Shown: positions 42,791 to 53,109, counted from the stretch's first letter. The stretch: 64,000 nt of DNA from Nannocystis bainbridge (GCF_028368995.1 NZ_JAQNDL010000001.1:3616001-3680000); one strand, 5' to 3'. Made by a program: numbers and translations. The notes: generated by a model from the letters alone, not told the origin.

Positions 42791-43741
42791 TGCTGCACGT
42801 GGCCGGCGGTAGCGCTCGGCGGCCACCGCGTCGACGAACTCGCCGAGCAGGTCGAGCGCCGAGCCGACCGGGAACAGCGCGGCGATCTCGGCGTGGACCG
42901 TGCGCCGCGCCGCCTCCATCGCCCCGACGCTGGCGCGCACCGCCGGGCCGGCCAGCAGCAGCTTGCGGATCGCCCCGAGGCTGGCCGGCAGCTCGGCGCG
43001 CAGCCGGGTCAGCTCGGCGCGCTCGGCCACGCTGGCGCGCGCGGTGAAGCAGACCAGCGGGAAGCTGAGCGTGCCGCGCTCGAGGTCGCGGCTGCGCGGC
43101 GCGGCCAGGAGATCGTGGAGGTCCTCGGCGATCCGGCCCACCTCGGCGGTGGCCTCGCCGATCCGGCAATAGGCCGCGACGCGCTCGGGCTCACAGCCGG
43201 CGGCGATCGCCGCCAGCTCGGCCGACAGCGCCGACACCGAGGCCCTGTCGGCGTGGTGCTGGCGCGCTCCGGCCTCGTCATGGGCGATCGTGCCGCCGAG
43301 ATCGCGGTGCCGGGCCGCGACCGCGCGCAGCGAGTGGCGCTGCAGCGACCGCCGCGCGGCCTCGGCCCGACCCGCAGGGACCGCCCCGGCGATCATGTCG
43401 ACGGCCACCATGTGCAGCGCCAGGCCGGCGTTGTCGACCAGCGCCGCGCGCCGGCGATCGCTGGCGGCCGCCGGGCCGGAGCCGTCGTCGAACAGCTGCA
43501 GCGCCATGTCATAAAGGGTGCAGCCGGCCGCGAGGTCGACGTTGGCCTTGCCGCACTCGGACAGCCCGACCAGCAGCGGCAGCGCCGCGGGGTCGGCCAT
43601 CAGGCTGGACTTCTTTGCTCGCATGCGGGCGAAGAACGCCAACAACAGCTCGCTCTGGGCCGAATCGAGCAACGGGTCGCGGACGACGTCGTCGCACTCG
43701 TGGTGGGCGGCGGTGACGGCGATGGCGAGCGTTTCATGCAT
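42788..43741 (-). CDS. Polyprenyl synthase / isoprenoid-synthase-fold protein (divergent)
   Basis: ATG 43741. LYDMALQLFDD (FARM-like) and IGEATAEVGRIAEDLHD...SRDLERGTLSFPL (SARM-like). Confidence 0.55.
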   Translation of the reverse strand: MHETLAIAVTAAHHECDDVVRDPLLDSAQSELLLAFFARMRAKKSSLMADPAALPLLVGLSECGKANVDLAAGCTLYDMALQLFDDGSGPAAASDRRRAALVDNAGLALHMVAVDMIAGAVPAGRAEAARRSLQRHSLRAVAARHRDLGGTIAHDEAGARQHHADRASVSALSAELAAIAAGCEPERVAAYCRIGEATAEVGRIAEDLHDLLAAPRSRDLERGTLSFPLVCFTARASVAERAELTRLRAELPASLGAIRKLLLAGPAVRASVGAMEAARRTVHAEIAALFPVGSALDLLGEFVDAVAAERYRRPRAA

Positions 43742-44916
43742 GACGAAGATCTCAATGGTTAGAGTGCGAACGAACAAGGGAATGGCGAGCGCTTCGCCCC
43801 GACCGAGACCATCACAATGACCATGGCGCGGCGAGGCAGCGACTTTATTTCGGAATAGCAGAGTTCGTGTCGAAGCCAAGAGGCCGCCGATCCGCCGGCG
43901 GGGCGCGTGATGGGCTTCGGGGGCGGCAAGATGGCTGCCTCGGGCCCGGCGCTCGGGTCGCCGATTGCGGCCCGTAGATCGCGGGGAGGCTGTCTGCGGT
44001 AACGTCGCACCCGGGCATGGTCTCCCCTTCGTGTCGAAGGACGAGCTCCCGTCCTCGATGCCCGGGTAGCGTCGCCGACCGGCCTTAACGATCAACCCTT
44101 TCGCTGCGAGATGTCGCCGGCGTCGCCAGGCGCCACGTCGCCGAGGAGGCGCGAGAGGGCGATCACAAGTCGTCTCGCGCGCTGCGCCCGGCCCGCGAGC
44201 ACGTGCCTTCGCGCTCGAGGCATTCGTTGCGCCGTTGAAACTATGCACAGTGGGACCGCGCGGCGGAGGTTTCACGCGAGCGTCGACGCGCCCGCGAGAA
44301 AGCGCAAAAAAGCGGGCCAGGACGCGGGGGAGGGTGCGTCCTGGCCCGGGGGTGGGGAAGGCAACGTGTGACGGTGGAGCGGGTGCAGCGGCCCGGCCGC
44401 CGGGCATGTCCTTTCGCAGGGAGCTCTCGCCGGTGACCGCCGCGCCTCGGTGCATCCCGGGCCGCGTCGTCCCTCGGCTCTCCGGTAGTGTCGCCACCTC
44501 GCCTTTCGGGTTAATCGCGTCGATGCATATTGCGAGGATGCAGACGGTGAGACAGCAGCAGATACGCGAATCACCGGAGAACCCGACGCGCCGAGCGCCA
44601 CGGACATGTACGTCCGCGGCGCTCGCGGTGCCACGATTCGCGGGTGACGCAGGGGCGCAGCCGACTAAGGGATGCATCGCGGGTGCTCCTCAGCCAGGTG
44701 ACCGAAGGGCGCCGAACAATTTCTCGCAGCGCCGAATTCTCGATCACCCGCCGGTGCGCCGCCTCCGCGCGCGGCCGGCCGCGGAGGCCCCATCGTCACC
44801 GTCCACGAGGTCGGCCAGGACGACGGCCAGGTGCCCGTGGCGACGGCGCTCGTCCGCGGCGCCGCCCTCGACGCGTGGGCCCGTGACGGCCGTGGCGCGA
44901 GGTCGCCCGCCCTCGG

Positions 44917-45222
44917 CTAATCATCGAGGCGTTCGCCGAAGCAGGAATCCGCGAGGTCGTAGCCGTACTTGTGGCAGTACTTCATGGCCTTCTTCTCGCA
45001 CCATTCCCTGGAGTAGTCTTCTGGATCGATGGCCCCGCTCACGCGATTGTAGGCATCCCTGCCCTCGCATTTGGCCAGGCAATACGTCGCCAACTCCTCC
45101 TCCTCCTCTTCCTCCTCGCCGTGGCCGCTGGCGCCGCACTCGTAGTCGCGGGGGACCGTGTCGTTTTGGGGGGAGGCGAGGAAGAGCACAGTCATGAGCA
45201 ACATCTGGGACTGGATCAGCAT
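44917..45222 (-). CDS. Small exported Cys-rich protein with poly-Glu tract
   Basis: GAGG RBS and ATG 45222. Hydrophobic N-terminus, E7 run, 6 Cys; locally lower GC. Confidence 0.65.
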   Translation of the reverse strand: MLIQSQMLLMTVLFLASPQNDTVPRDYECGASGHGEEEEEEEELATYCLAKCEGRDAYNRVSGAIDPEDYSREWCEKKAMKYCHKYGYDLADSCFGERLDD

Positions 45223-45399
45223 TTTTTCCTCTTTTCCGATCGGCGTATCGATATACGCCGACGTGACGAAAACATAATCGCGTTCCTCGTGATTTCCAGC
45301 GGGCAACAGGAGCATTTTCTACCCGTCGGCCTGGCCGAAGAGGAGGTCGCGTCCGCTTGCGACAGCCCTACGCGGATCCGAGATGTCGTGCCATCGATC

Positions 45400-45580
45400 G
45401 CGCGTCCGCCGGGCTGATGCCGCCGAGGTCGTCGGTATCGATGGCGAAGGCAGCCTCATGGACCTGGGCAAGCACGGCTGTCATGCCCTCCGCCGTGGCT
45501 GGCGCCGCGGGCAGGAAGCGCACGTCGACGCCGCATTCCGCGAATGCGCTGTCGGTGACCGGGTGGAGCTCGACACCTCC
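45400..45580 (-). pseudogene. Possible remnant of an IS91-like (Y2) transposase
   Basis: ELHPVTDSAFAECGVDVRFLPAAPATAEGMTAVLAQVHEA recalls the segment after the HUH motif in myxobacterial Y2 transposases. From memory, not searched. Confidence 0.3.
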
Positions 45581-45646
45581 TCGCAGTCGCGGTCCCTGTC
45601 GGCCCCGCGATTGCGCTGGCACATAGCGAGGTCGCGGCGCTCGGTC

Positions 45647-46669
45647 TCACGCCACCGCGAGCAGGGCCTGCAAGATCGCCTGCGAGCGGCGCTGGCCGTA
45701 GCCGCGCCCGTAGGCGCGGCTCGTGATGGCGACCACCACGTCCAGCGCCGGCACCACGTAGATCTTGTTGCCGCCGTTGCCCGAGGCGAAGAGCACGCGC
45801 ACCGGCCCGCCGCGCGCTGCGTGCGTGGCGTGGTACCAGTAGAGACCGTAGTGCGAGGCGAAGGGATCGGTGTCGCCGATGGCGAAGGCCGGTCGCTGCG
45901 TGCCCTCGATCCACTCGCGGCCCAGCACGCGCGTTTCGCCGTGTCGGCCGCCGTCCGCCAGCAGACGGCCGATGCGGAGCAAGTCGTGCACTGCGAGCGA
46001 GAGGTTGCCCTGGCCCTTCACGTTGCCGGCCGCGTCGCGGGCCCAATGCCAGCGCGTGATGCCGAGCGGCGCGAACAGGGCGTCGCGGGCGAAGGCTTCG
46101 AGGTCCTGACCGCAGGCCTGCTGCACGACGAGGCCGGCGACGTAGGCGGCCAGCGAGTTGTAGCGGTAGTGCAGGCCCGGCGCCGTGGCTCGCGGCACCG
46201 ACCAGGCGAAGGCCACCGGATCGGGCGCGGCGTCCATGAGATCCTCGCGGCCGGGCGAGGCGGGATCCTCGTCGTCGGCGTCGACGCCGCTGCGCATGTC
46301 GAGCAGGTCGCGCAGCGGCACGTCGGCGAAGGCGCTGCCGCGCGCGGCCGGGAGGTAGCGCTGCACGGGATCGGCGAGATCGCGCAACATGCCGCGATCG
46401 AAGGCCGCGCCGGCCAGCAGCGAGGTGATGCTCTTGCCGGCGGAGCGCACGTCGTGCAGCTCGTCGGCGCGCGCGCCGTTGTAGGTGCGCGACGCGACCC
46501 GTCGCCCGCCGCGGTCCACGCTGACGGCGCGCAGGTCGGCGTGTTCGTCGTGGTCGAAGCCGGCGAGCACGTCGTCGAACCCGTCCGCGGCGCGCGGCGG
46601 ATTCGAGAGCGCCGGGGTGCAGGCGACCAGCGGCAGGGCGCGGAGCAGGTCACGGCGGCGCATGGGCAT
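45647..46669 (-). CDS. Serine hydrolase (beta-lactamase/class C-like) lipoprotein
   Basis: RRRDLL..LVAC signal; SAGK (SxxK), YRYNS, ASGNGG. Confidence 0.9.
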   Translation of the reverse strand: MPMRRRDLLRALPLVACTPALSNPPRAADGFDDVLAGFDHDEHADLRAVSVDRGGRRVASRTYNGARADELHDVRSAGKSITSLLAGAAFDRGMLRDLADPVQRYLPAARGSAFADVPLRDLLDMRSGVDADDEDPASPGREDLMDAAPDPVAFAWSVPRATAPGLHYRYNSLAAYVAGLVVQQACGQDLEAFARDALFAPLGITRWHWARDAAGNVKGQGNLSLAVHDLLRIGRLLADGGRHGETRVLGREWIEGTQRPAFAIGDTDPFASHYGLYWYHATHAARGGPVRVLFASGNGGNKIYVVPALDVVVAITSRAYGRGYGQRRSQAILQALLAVA

Positions 46670-46685
46670 CGGCGTCGAGGGGTCG

Positions 46686-47954
46686 TCAGTAGACGAACGG
46701 CACGATGCGGTACGGCACCTTCTCGCAGTAGCGGTCCCAGTCGGCCCCGTACTTGCGCTGGCACATCGCGTGGTCGCGGCGCTCACGGTTGAGCAGCAGC
46801 GGCGCGAAGTAGAAGAAGTAGAAGTACGGCACGAGGCTGCCGCTGCCGCACGCCATGCACCACGCCAGCGCCATCATGAGGTCGCCCATGTAGTTGGCGT
46901 GGCGCGCGAGGCCCCACCAGCCCGACAGCAGCAGCTTGCTGCCGCGCGCGGTCTCCATGGCGACCGGGACCTCGCCCCAGATCGGTCGCCGGGGGTCGCG
47001 GCGGAACCGCAGCTTCTGCAGGTTCGAGTCGCGGAACACGTAGTAACCGGCGAAGTTGAAGATGATGATCGCGGCCGCGGCGACCACCGACAGCTCGGGC
47101 CGCGCCTCGAGCACGTACTGCTGCTGCAGCGTGAAGTTGAACGGCATCCACGCGAGGAACGCGAACCACAGCATGAAGCCGAGGTTCTCCTCGATGATGT
47201 CGAGCGTCGCCAGCAGGTTCGACTCGAACACGAAGAACTCGAAGATGTAGAACAGCTGGCACAGGCTGACGACCAGCATCGCCGTCGAGAGCGACCCGTG
47301 CGCCTGCAGCTCGGCCGCCGGCATGAGGATGGCGAACAGCCCCCACGTGCCCATGCCGATGCGCGACTCGAAGAAGAACTTGACGTCGTGACGACCGACC
47401 CGCGGGTTGAGCATCGCGCCCATGTAGAAGTCGTAGATCCCCACCCCGGAGCTGCGCTCGAGGTGCGCCCGCCGCCGGCCCGCCGCGTAGGTGAGCGCCG
47501 CGCCGGCGAACGCAAACACGACCGAGATCGTCAGCAGCGGCCCGAGCTGCGCCAGCACGGCCGCCGGCGAGACGATGTCGGCGGCGATGCCCGCGACCAG
47601 CAGCGCCATCGTCAGGCCGAACGCGACCAGCCCGTTGAGGCGGTACTCGGCCTGCTCGCCGTGCGCGGTCCGCCGCCCCTGCACCACGCGGCCCGGCACC
47701 ACCACGTAGAGCAGCGCCTGCAGCCCGAGCCAGCCGGTGAACATCGCCGCGGCCTCCCAGGTCGGCGCCGGGATCATCGCCAGCAGCTCGGCGAGCGAGC
47801 CCGGCAACCACAGCGAGCCGCCGTGCTGGGCCACCGCCGACCACAGATAAAACGTGATCGTCGGCATCAGGATCGTCAGCGCGAGCGCGCCCCCCGGGCC
47901 GCCGAATTGGTCGGGGCGGGTCCTGTTGTTGGTCGTCTCCGCGTCGCCGGTCAT
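46686..47954 (-). CDS. ERG4/ERG24-family sterol reductase (delta14-reductase/DHCR7-like)
   Basis: QFGG, YRLNG, LNPR, LLLSGWWGLARHANYMGD, RERRDHAMCQRKYGADWDRYCEKVPYRIVP. Confidence 0.92.
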   Translation of the reverse strand: MTGDAETTNNRTRPDQFGGPGGALALTILMPTITFYLWSAVAQHGGSLWLPGSLAELLAMIPAPTWEAAAMFTGWLGLQALLYVVVPGRVVQGRRTAHGEQAEYRLNGLVAFGLTMALLVAGIAADIVSPAAVLAQLGPLLTISVVFAFAGAALTYAAGRRRAHLERSSGVGIYDFYMGAMLNPRVGRHDVKFFFESRIGMGTWGLFAILMPAAELQAHGSLSTAMLVVSLCQLFYIFEFFVFESNLLATLDIIEENLGFMLWFAFLAWMPFNFTLQQQYVLEARPELSVVAAAAIIIFNFAGYYVFRDSNLQKLRFRRDPRRPIWGEVPVAMETARGSKLLLSGWWGLARHANYMGDLMMALAWCMACGSGSLVPYFYFFYFAPLLLNRERRDHAMCQRKYGADWDRYCEKVPYRIVPFVY

Positions 47955-48316
47955 CGGCCGCGACGATAGAGGCGCCGCTCGCCGATCTCCAGCCCGGCCG
48001 CAGCCCCACGCGCGCCCGCGCCGTGACGCTCGCGCGGTCCAACGCCCGCGCAAGGCCTCCTGGCGCCCCTCCCCGGCCTCGTTGCAGCGAACGCGTCGTG
48101 ATCCCGAGCACGACACCCGCGGATACAGATCTCCCCGCGCCGTGCCGCGTCACCCGCGATGCGCGCGACCTGGCCCCGCGTCTTCGGTGCCGCTCCGAGG
48201 CTCGACGCCTCCGCCCCGTGCATCACGCCAGAACGCACCCCGCCGGGCGCCTTCGGTGCCGCCCCGAGACCCGAGCCTCCGAGCGACCTCACCCCGCGCC
48301 GCAGCACTTTCAGACA

Positions 48317-48372
48317 TGTCCTTTACAACATGCCCTGATCGCCATGTCCTTATCGACATGTCTGATCCGGCA
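48317..48372. repeat. TGTC-N6-GACA-type array, 4 units, downstream of nudC
   Basis: TGTCCTTTACAACA, TGCCCTGATCGCCA, TGTCCTTATCGACA, TGTCTGATCCGGCA. Confidence 0.9.
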
Positions 48373-48387
48373 TACGCACCCGCCGCT

Positions 48388-49338
48388 TCAGCCGCGGGCC
48401 AGCGTCGTCAGCTCGAGCCCGGCCGTCTCGCGCAGCCAGTGCTCGATCAGCCGGAACGACACCGACAGCGGCGGCGGCAGCACCAGCGAGCCGTCGGCCA
48501 GCGAGCCCACGATCTCGTCGGCCGTGAACCACCGGGCCGCCTCGAGCTCCGGGCCCACCTGCAGCTCCGGGCCCTGCGCCTCCGCGGTGAAGCCCAGCAT
48601 CAGCGACGCCGGGAACGGCCACGGCTGCGACGAGTGGTAATCGCACTCGGCCACCGTCACCCCGCTCTCCTCGAACACCTCGCGGCGGACCGCGTCCTCG
48701 AGCGTCTCGCCTGGCTCGACGAACCCTGCCAGCGTCGAGAAGCGGCCTGGCGGCCAGCTGGCCTGGCGGCCGAGCAGGCACGCGTCGCCCCAGCCGACGA
48801 TGACGATGATCGCCGGGTCGGTGCGCGGGAAGTGTTCGATGCGGCAGGCCGGATTGGTGCAGCGGGCCCGGTGCCCCGCCGACACGAAGATCGTCGGCGA
48901 ACCGCACGCGCCGCAGAAGCGGGCTCGCGTCTGCCAGTGGAGCAGCCCGCGGGCGTACGCGAACAGCCCGGCGTCGAAGGCCGGCAGCGCCAGCCCGGCC
49001 GCGCGCAGGTCCATCCATTGCCCGCCGAGCTCGCGCGCCAGCGGCTCCTCGTCGTCGCCGGCGTGGGCCACCGCGAAGTGGGCCACCTGCTCCGCCTCGC
49101 CCAGATAGAACAGCGGCGCCGTCGCCAGCCACGCCGCCCGCTCCGCCTCGGCCAGCAGGCGCAGCCCGCGGCGCGTCGCGTCGACCAGCGCCTTGCCGTC
49201 CGGGCGCACCACCGCGTATCGCGTCGTCTCGGCCGTCCTGCGCGTCTCGATCCACCCCGCGTCGTCGCGGCGCTCGCTCGCGCGGTCGAGCGCCAGCGCG
49301 GCGAACACATTGTTGCGGCTGCGGGTGCTGGTCGCCAT
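48388..49338 (-). CDS. nudC: NAD(+) diphosphatase NudC
   Basis: FCGACG zinc ribbon, FPRTDPAII, Nudix box GFVEPGETLEDAVRREVFEESG, SQPWPFPASLM. Confidence 0.93.
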   Translation of the reverse strand: MATSTRSRNNVFAALALDRASERRDDAGWIETRRTAETTRYAVVRPDGKALVDATRRGLRLLAEAERAAWLATAPLFYLGEAEQVAHFAVAHAGDDEEPLARELGGQWMDLRAAGLALPAFDAGLFAYARGLLHWQTRARFCGACGSPTIFVSAGHRARCTNPACRIEHFPRTDPAIIVIVGWGDACLLGRQASWPPGRFSTLAGFVEPGETLEDAVRREVFEESGVTVAECDYHSSQPWPFPASLMLGFTAEAQGPELQVGPELEAARWFTADEIVGSLADGSLVLPPPLSVSFRLIEHWLRETAGLELTTLARG

Positions 49339-49708
49339 CGTCAGAGTTCCTCCTGCGCCCGTCGGCGTGGGCGAGCGCGGCCGGGGCCTGGGCGGGGACG
49401 CGGGAGCATCGGCGGCGGGCAGCATGCCGCGTCCGTCCGCCCCGCGCCAGCGGCCCTGGCGACCGCCGCCACGCCAGGCCATGCACGCCACCGATCGGCC
49501 GCCCGCCTCGCCCCGCGGTGACCCCGCGAGCGTCCGCGCATTCACATCACATGTCTCTCGGGACATCTACCCAATCGCCGCCGCGAATCACGGTTGCGTC
49601 CCCGGATTAGGGGTTCCTCGCCCGCAGAGGTGTCGGCGAACGACCCCTGAACAAAAGACTAGCTGTGGCGCGCGGTATCGCGTACAAGGAGCGCGGAGAC
49701 ACCCCCTC

Positions 49709-50344
49709 ATGTCCATCACGTTTTACTACAACCCCATGTCCTCGGCCTCTCGCGTCCAGCTCACCCTCGCGGAGCTCGACATCCCCCACGAGAAGGTCTT
49801 CGTCGACCTGCAGGCGAAGGACCAGCGCAAGCCCGAGTTCCTCAAGCTCAACCCCAACGGCAAGATCCCCACGATCGTCGTCGACGGCCAGCCGATGTTC
49901 GAGTCGATCGCCATCCAGATCTACCTGGGCGAGCGCTACGGCGTCGAGCGCGGCCTGTGGCCGGCCGTCGGCTCACGCGAGCACATGCAAGCCCTGACCT
50001 GGCTGTGCTGGGCCCAGGTCTCGCTCGGCACCCCGCTCTTCACGTACATGCACAACGCCAGCGAGCAGGTCCCTGCCGAGGCGCGCAACGCCGTGCAGGC
50101 CGAGCGGGCGCTGGCCGAGCTGCACGAGGCCCTGGCGATCCTCGACGCCCGCCTCGGCGAGACCGGCAACATCGTCCACGACAAGTGGACCCTCGTCGAC
50201 GCCGACGTGTCGAGCGTGCTCGGATGGGGCCTCTACATGATCAAGCTCGACGCCTCCAAGTACACCCATCTCACTGCCTGGCTGGAGCGCGCGGACAGCC
50301 GCCCCGCCGCCCGCGCCCTGAGGGAAGCCCACCAGCAGGCCTGA
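49709..50344 (+). CDS. Glutathione S-transferase family protein
   Basis: FLKLNPNGKIP, FESIAIQIYL, WTLVD. Confidence 0.93.
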   Translation: MSITFYYNPMSSASRVQLTLAELDIPHEKVFVDLQAKDQRKPEFLKLNPNGKIPTIVVDGQPMFESIAIQIYLGERYGVERGLWPAVGSREHMQALTWLCWAQVSLGTPLFTYMHNASEQVPAEARNAVQAERALAELHEALAILDARLGETGNIVHDKWTLVDADVSSVLGWGLYMIKLDASKYTHLTAWLERADSRPAARALREAHQQA

Positions 50345-50507
50345 TCGCGCCCCGCGGGCGTGATTCGCGGTGGCACGATTGTCGCCACCGCACGGCCGCC
50401 CTGGTCTCGGCCGAGTCTGCGAATGGCGAGACGACCCGAGGCTTCGCGCGTCAATCGCGACACCACCCCGCGGACAGCGGGGTGGCGCGAAGCTCTTCGC
50501 GCTCGGC

Positions 50508-51362
50508 TCAAGCCTGCCGACGCCGCCAGGCCAGCAAGCCCAGCCCCATCAGCGCCAGCCCGCCCGCGGGCGAGCCCCCGTTGGCGTTGCACTCGCAGCC
50601 GACCTCGCCCTCCGCGTGGCAGGTGTTGCCCTTGCACTCGGCGCTGCCCTCCGCGTACACCTCGATGTCGAGCAACGCCTTGAGCGCGTCGACGCAGGCG
50701 TCGAGCTGCCCGCCGACGTCGACGAACTGCCCGTCGCAGAACAGCGCGCCCTCGGGCCGCTGGCAGTGCAGCTTGCAGCCGCCCTCGAGGTCGGCCCGGC
50801 AGTTGACGTAGCCGCTGGCCTGGCAATCGATCTGGCAGTCGATGTTGGCCTGCGCGTCGCACGAGCCGGTGCACGACGCCTGGCACTTGGCCTCGCAGTC
50901 GACCTCCGGCGGGGTGACCTTGCACTGGCCGTCGCAGCCGGCCGAGCAGGTCGCCTCGCACGAGGCCTTGCACTCGCCCCCGTTCGCCGACGCCGAGCAT
51001 TTGCCGTCGCAGTTGGCGCTGCAGTCGGCCTGGCACTCGAGCTGGCAGTTGAACTCGCCCGGGTCCACGTCGCAATCGGCCCGGCACTCGCCCTCGCAGC
51101 TGCCGACACAATCGACGCTGGCCTCGGCGTTGCAATCACCCGCGCACTCGGCCCGCAGGTCCGCGGCGCAGGCGGCGGTCAAGCTGACCGGCTTGCACAT
51201 GCCCTCGCACACCGGGCCGACGTACACCGTACATTCGGCGCCGCCCTGCACGAAGATCTCGCCGCAGGGCGCCAGGCTGGAATCGGCCCGGACCTCGGCC
51301 GCGAGCAGCAGCGGGATCGCAAAGGCCAATGTATGGAGGAGGCTGGAGAAGGTGCGTCGCAT
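50508..51362 (-). CDS. Cys-rich repeat surface protein with MYXO-CTERM-like sorting signal
   Basis: Signal peptide; dense CxxxC repeats; C-terminal GCECNA..GG..LALMGLGLLAWRRR. Confidence 0.85.
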   Translation of the reverse strand: MRRTFSSLLHTLAFAIPLLLAAEVRADSSLAPCGEIFVQGGAECTVYVGPVCEGMCKPVSLTAACAADLRAECAGDCNAEASVDCVGSCEGECRADCDVDPGEFNCQLECQADCSANCDGKCSASANGGECKASCEATCSAGCDGQCKVTPPEVDCEAKCQASCTGSCDAQANIDCQIDCQASGYVNCRADLEGGCKLHCQRPEGALFCDGQFVDVGGQLDACVDALKALLDIEVYAEGSAECKGNTCHAEGEVGCECNANGGSPAGGLALMGLGLLAWRRRQA

Positions 51363-51926
51363 GTCGAGACCTCTGGGGGGCGACGTTGCCATTACACGCG
51401 ATCGCCGACGCGGCCAGCCCCGACGAGCACGCCGACGCCCCGGAGAGCGAGCCCAGCCGCGATGAAGCCAGCCAGGCGACGCTCGCGCTCGCCGCCCGGT
51501 CGATTCACCTCTGCGCATCGAAGGCCTCCGGCGAGCGGCCGAGCCCGGTCGCAGTGCCCGGATAGATGTCCGGCGCAATTCGCGTCTCACCGCCGAGGCA
51601 GCTCACGAATCGACCGCTCGCTGCAATTGCAACGAACATCCCCACCGACGCTACCCGGCATCACGACACCATCAGCCTCGCGCCCATCCTCTCCGTGCAG
51701 CGAAAGTTTTCGCGCCGGGCGCTCGCGCTCGTGCACCCTCCTGCGAACCCCGACCTCCGTCACCCGCTGCCGCGTGGCACCGCCCGATCTGCGCCCGCCT
51801 GCGCTCTCGCCATTCTATTCATTCCGGTCGCGCGCCACCGCGGAACTCGCCCTCACCGCGCCCATTCCCTGCCCTTTGCCCCCGGTTTGCGACGCCCGGA
51901 GCGGCGTGCCACGCTCCCCCTCCGTG

Positions 51927-53075
51927 ATGATTCGCCTCCTCCCCGCGGCGCTGCTGGTCGGCAGCGCTGCTTGCATCTTCCCGCTCTCGCCCGACCCCAC
52001 CGGCTCCGACCCGGACACCGATGCCTCCGGGAGCACCACCGGCGCCGTCGACCCCGTCACCGGCGAGCCCGACCCCACCGGCGGCCCCGGCACCACCGCC
52101 GCGCCCACCACCAGCGGCGCCACCACCAGCGACGGCAGCGGCGAGCCCTCCACGGGCGGGCCCGACATCACCGGCGACGACCCCTCGCCGGCCCCGATCG
52201 TCACCGAGGTGTGGGAGTTCGACGCCATGGACCTCGGTGACGTCGACGGCGACGGCCGCCTCGACCTCGTCACCTCCGGCACCGGCGCTCCCCCGCGCAT
52301 CACCGTCTACCCCGGCCGCGGCGACGGCAGCTTCGACCGCGACGCCGCCGTCGACAGCCCGCTGTTCGGCTTCTCGCAGTTCGTCGTCGCCGACGTCACC
52401 GGAGACGGGCGCGCCGACGTCCTGGCCCATGGGACAGGTAGCCCGCCGCGGATCACCGTCTACGCCGGCGGCGACGACCTCACCGTCTCCGAGCTGGCCA
52501 CCACCCAGCTCTTCACCTTCAAGCACATGCACGCGGGCGACCTGACCGGCGACGGCCACGCCGACCTCCTGATCGGCGACGGCGACAGCTTCATGCCGTG
52601 GGTCCAGGTGTGGCCGGGCACCGAGAGCGGCATCGCCGACGCGCCGCTCTCCGCCGTCAATCCATGGGCCTACGCCCTGCTACGCAGCGGCGACGTCACC
52701 GGCGACGGCCACCTCGACCTCGTCACCGCCAGCACCGGCTCCCCGCCGCAGTTGTACGTCCACCCCGGCGACGGCGCCGGCAACCTCGGCGAGCCGCAGA
52801 TCGCGGAGATCTTCAACCTCTCATGGTTCGACCTCGGCGACTTCGACGGCGACGGCCTCGCCGACGCGGCGACCGACATCCCCGGCAACGCCTGGCGCTT
52901 TCAAGTCTACCTCGCCACCCAGGGCGGCTGGACCGACCCGGTCGCCCACGACGGCTTCAACTTCGTGCGCTTCGAGCTCGGCGACCTCGACGGCGACGGC
53001 CGCGCCGATCTCGTCGCCCAGGCCGCCGGTTATCCGCCCCGCGTCGAGGTCTACCTCGGCGCCGCGCTGCCCTGA
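51927..53075 (+). CDS. FG-GAP/VCBS repeat lipoprotein
   Basis: Lipobox SAAC; Thr/Gly/Asp linker; six GDxxGDGxxD repeats. Confidence 0.88.
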   Translation: MIRLLPAALLVGSAACIFPLSPDPTGSDPDTDASGSTTGAVDPVTGEPDPTGGPGTTAAPTTSGATTSDGSGEPSTGGPDITGDDPSPAPIVTEVWEFDAMDLGDVDGDGRLDLVTSGTGAPPRITVYPGRGDGSFDRDAAVDSPLFGFSQFVVADVTGDGRADVLAHGTGSPPRITVYAGGDDLTVSELATTQLFTFKHMHAGDLTGDGHADLLIGDGDSFMPWVQVWPGTESGIADAPLSAVNPWAYALLRSGDVTGDGHLDLVTASTGSPPQLYVHPGDGAGNLGEPQIAEIFNLSWFDLGDFDGDGLADAATDIPGNAWRFQVYLATQGGWTDPVAHDGFNFVRFELGDLDGDGRADLVAQAAGYPPRVEVYLGAALP

Positions 53076-53109
53076 TGCGACCTGTCCCGCGAGACAGGTC
53101 ACGCATCCT

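Noticed and set aside
43742-44916. Riboswitch (c-di-GMP-I / ydaO) in the long intergenic region
   Set aside because: GAAA-tetraloop-like pieces are present but the conserved cores could not be matched by eye.
48182-48268. Two copies of CTTCGGTGCCGCYCCGAG upstream of the sterol reductase
   Set aside because: Only two GC-rich copies with no further structure, which is insufficient to assign a function.
50371-50385. Possible sigma54 promoter TGGCACG-ATTG-TCGC
   Set aside because: The -12 element is imperfect and it points into the 3' end of a convergent gene, with no downstream target.
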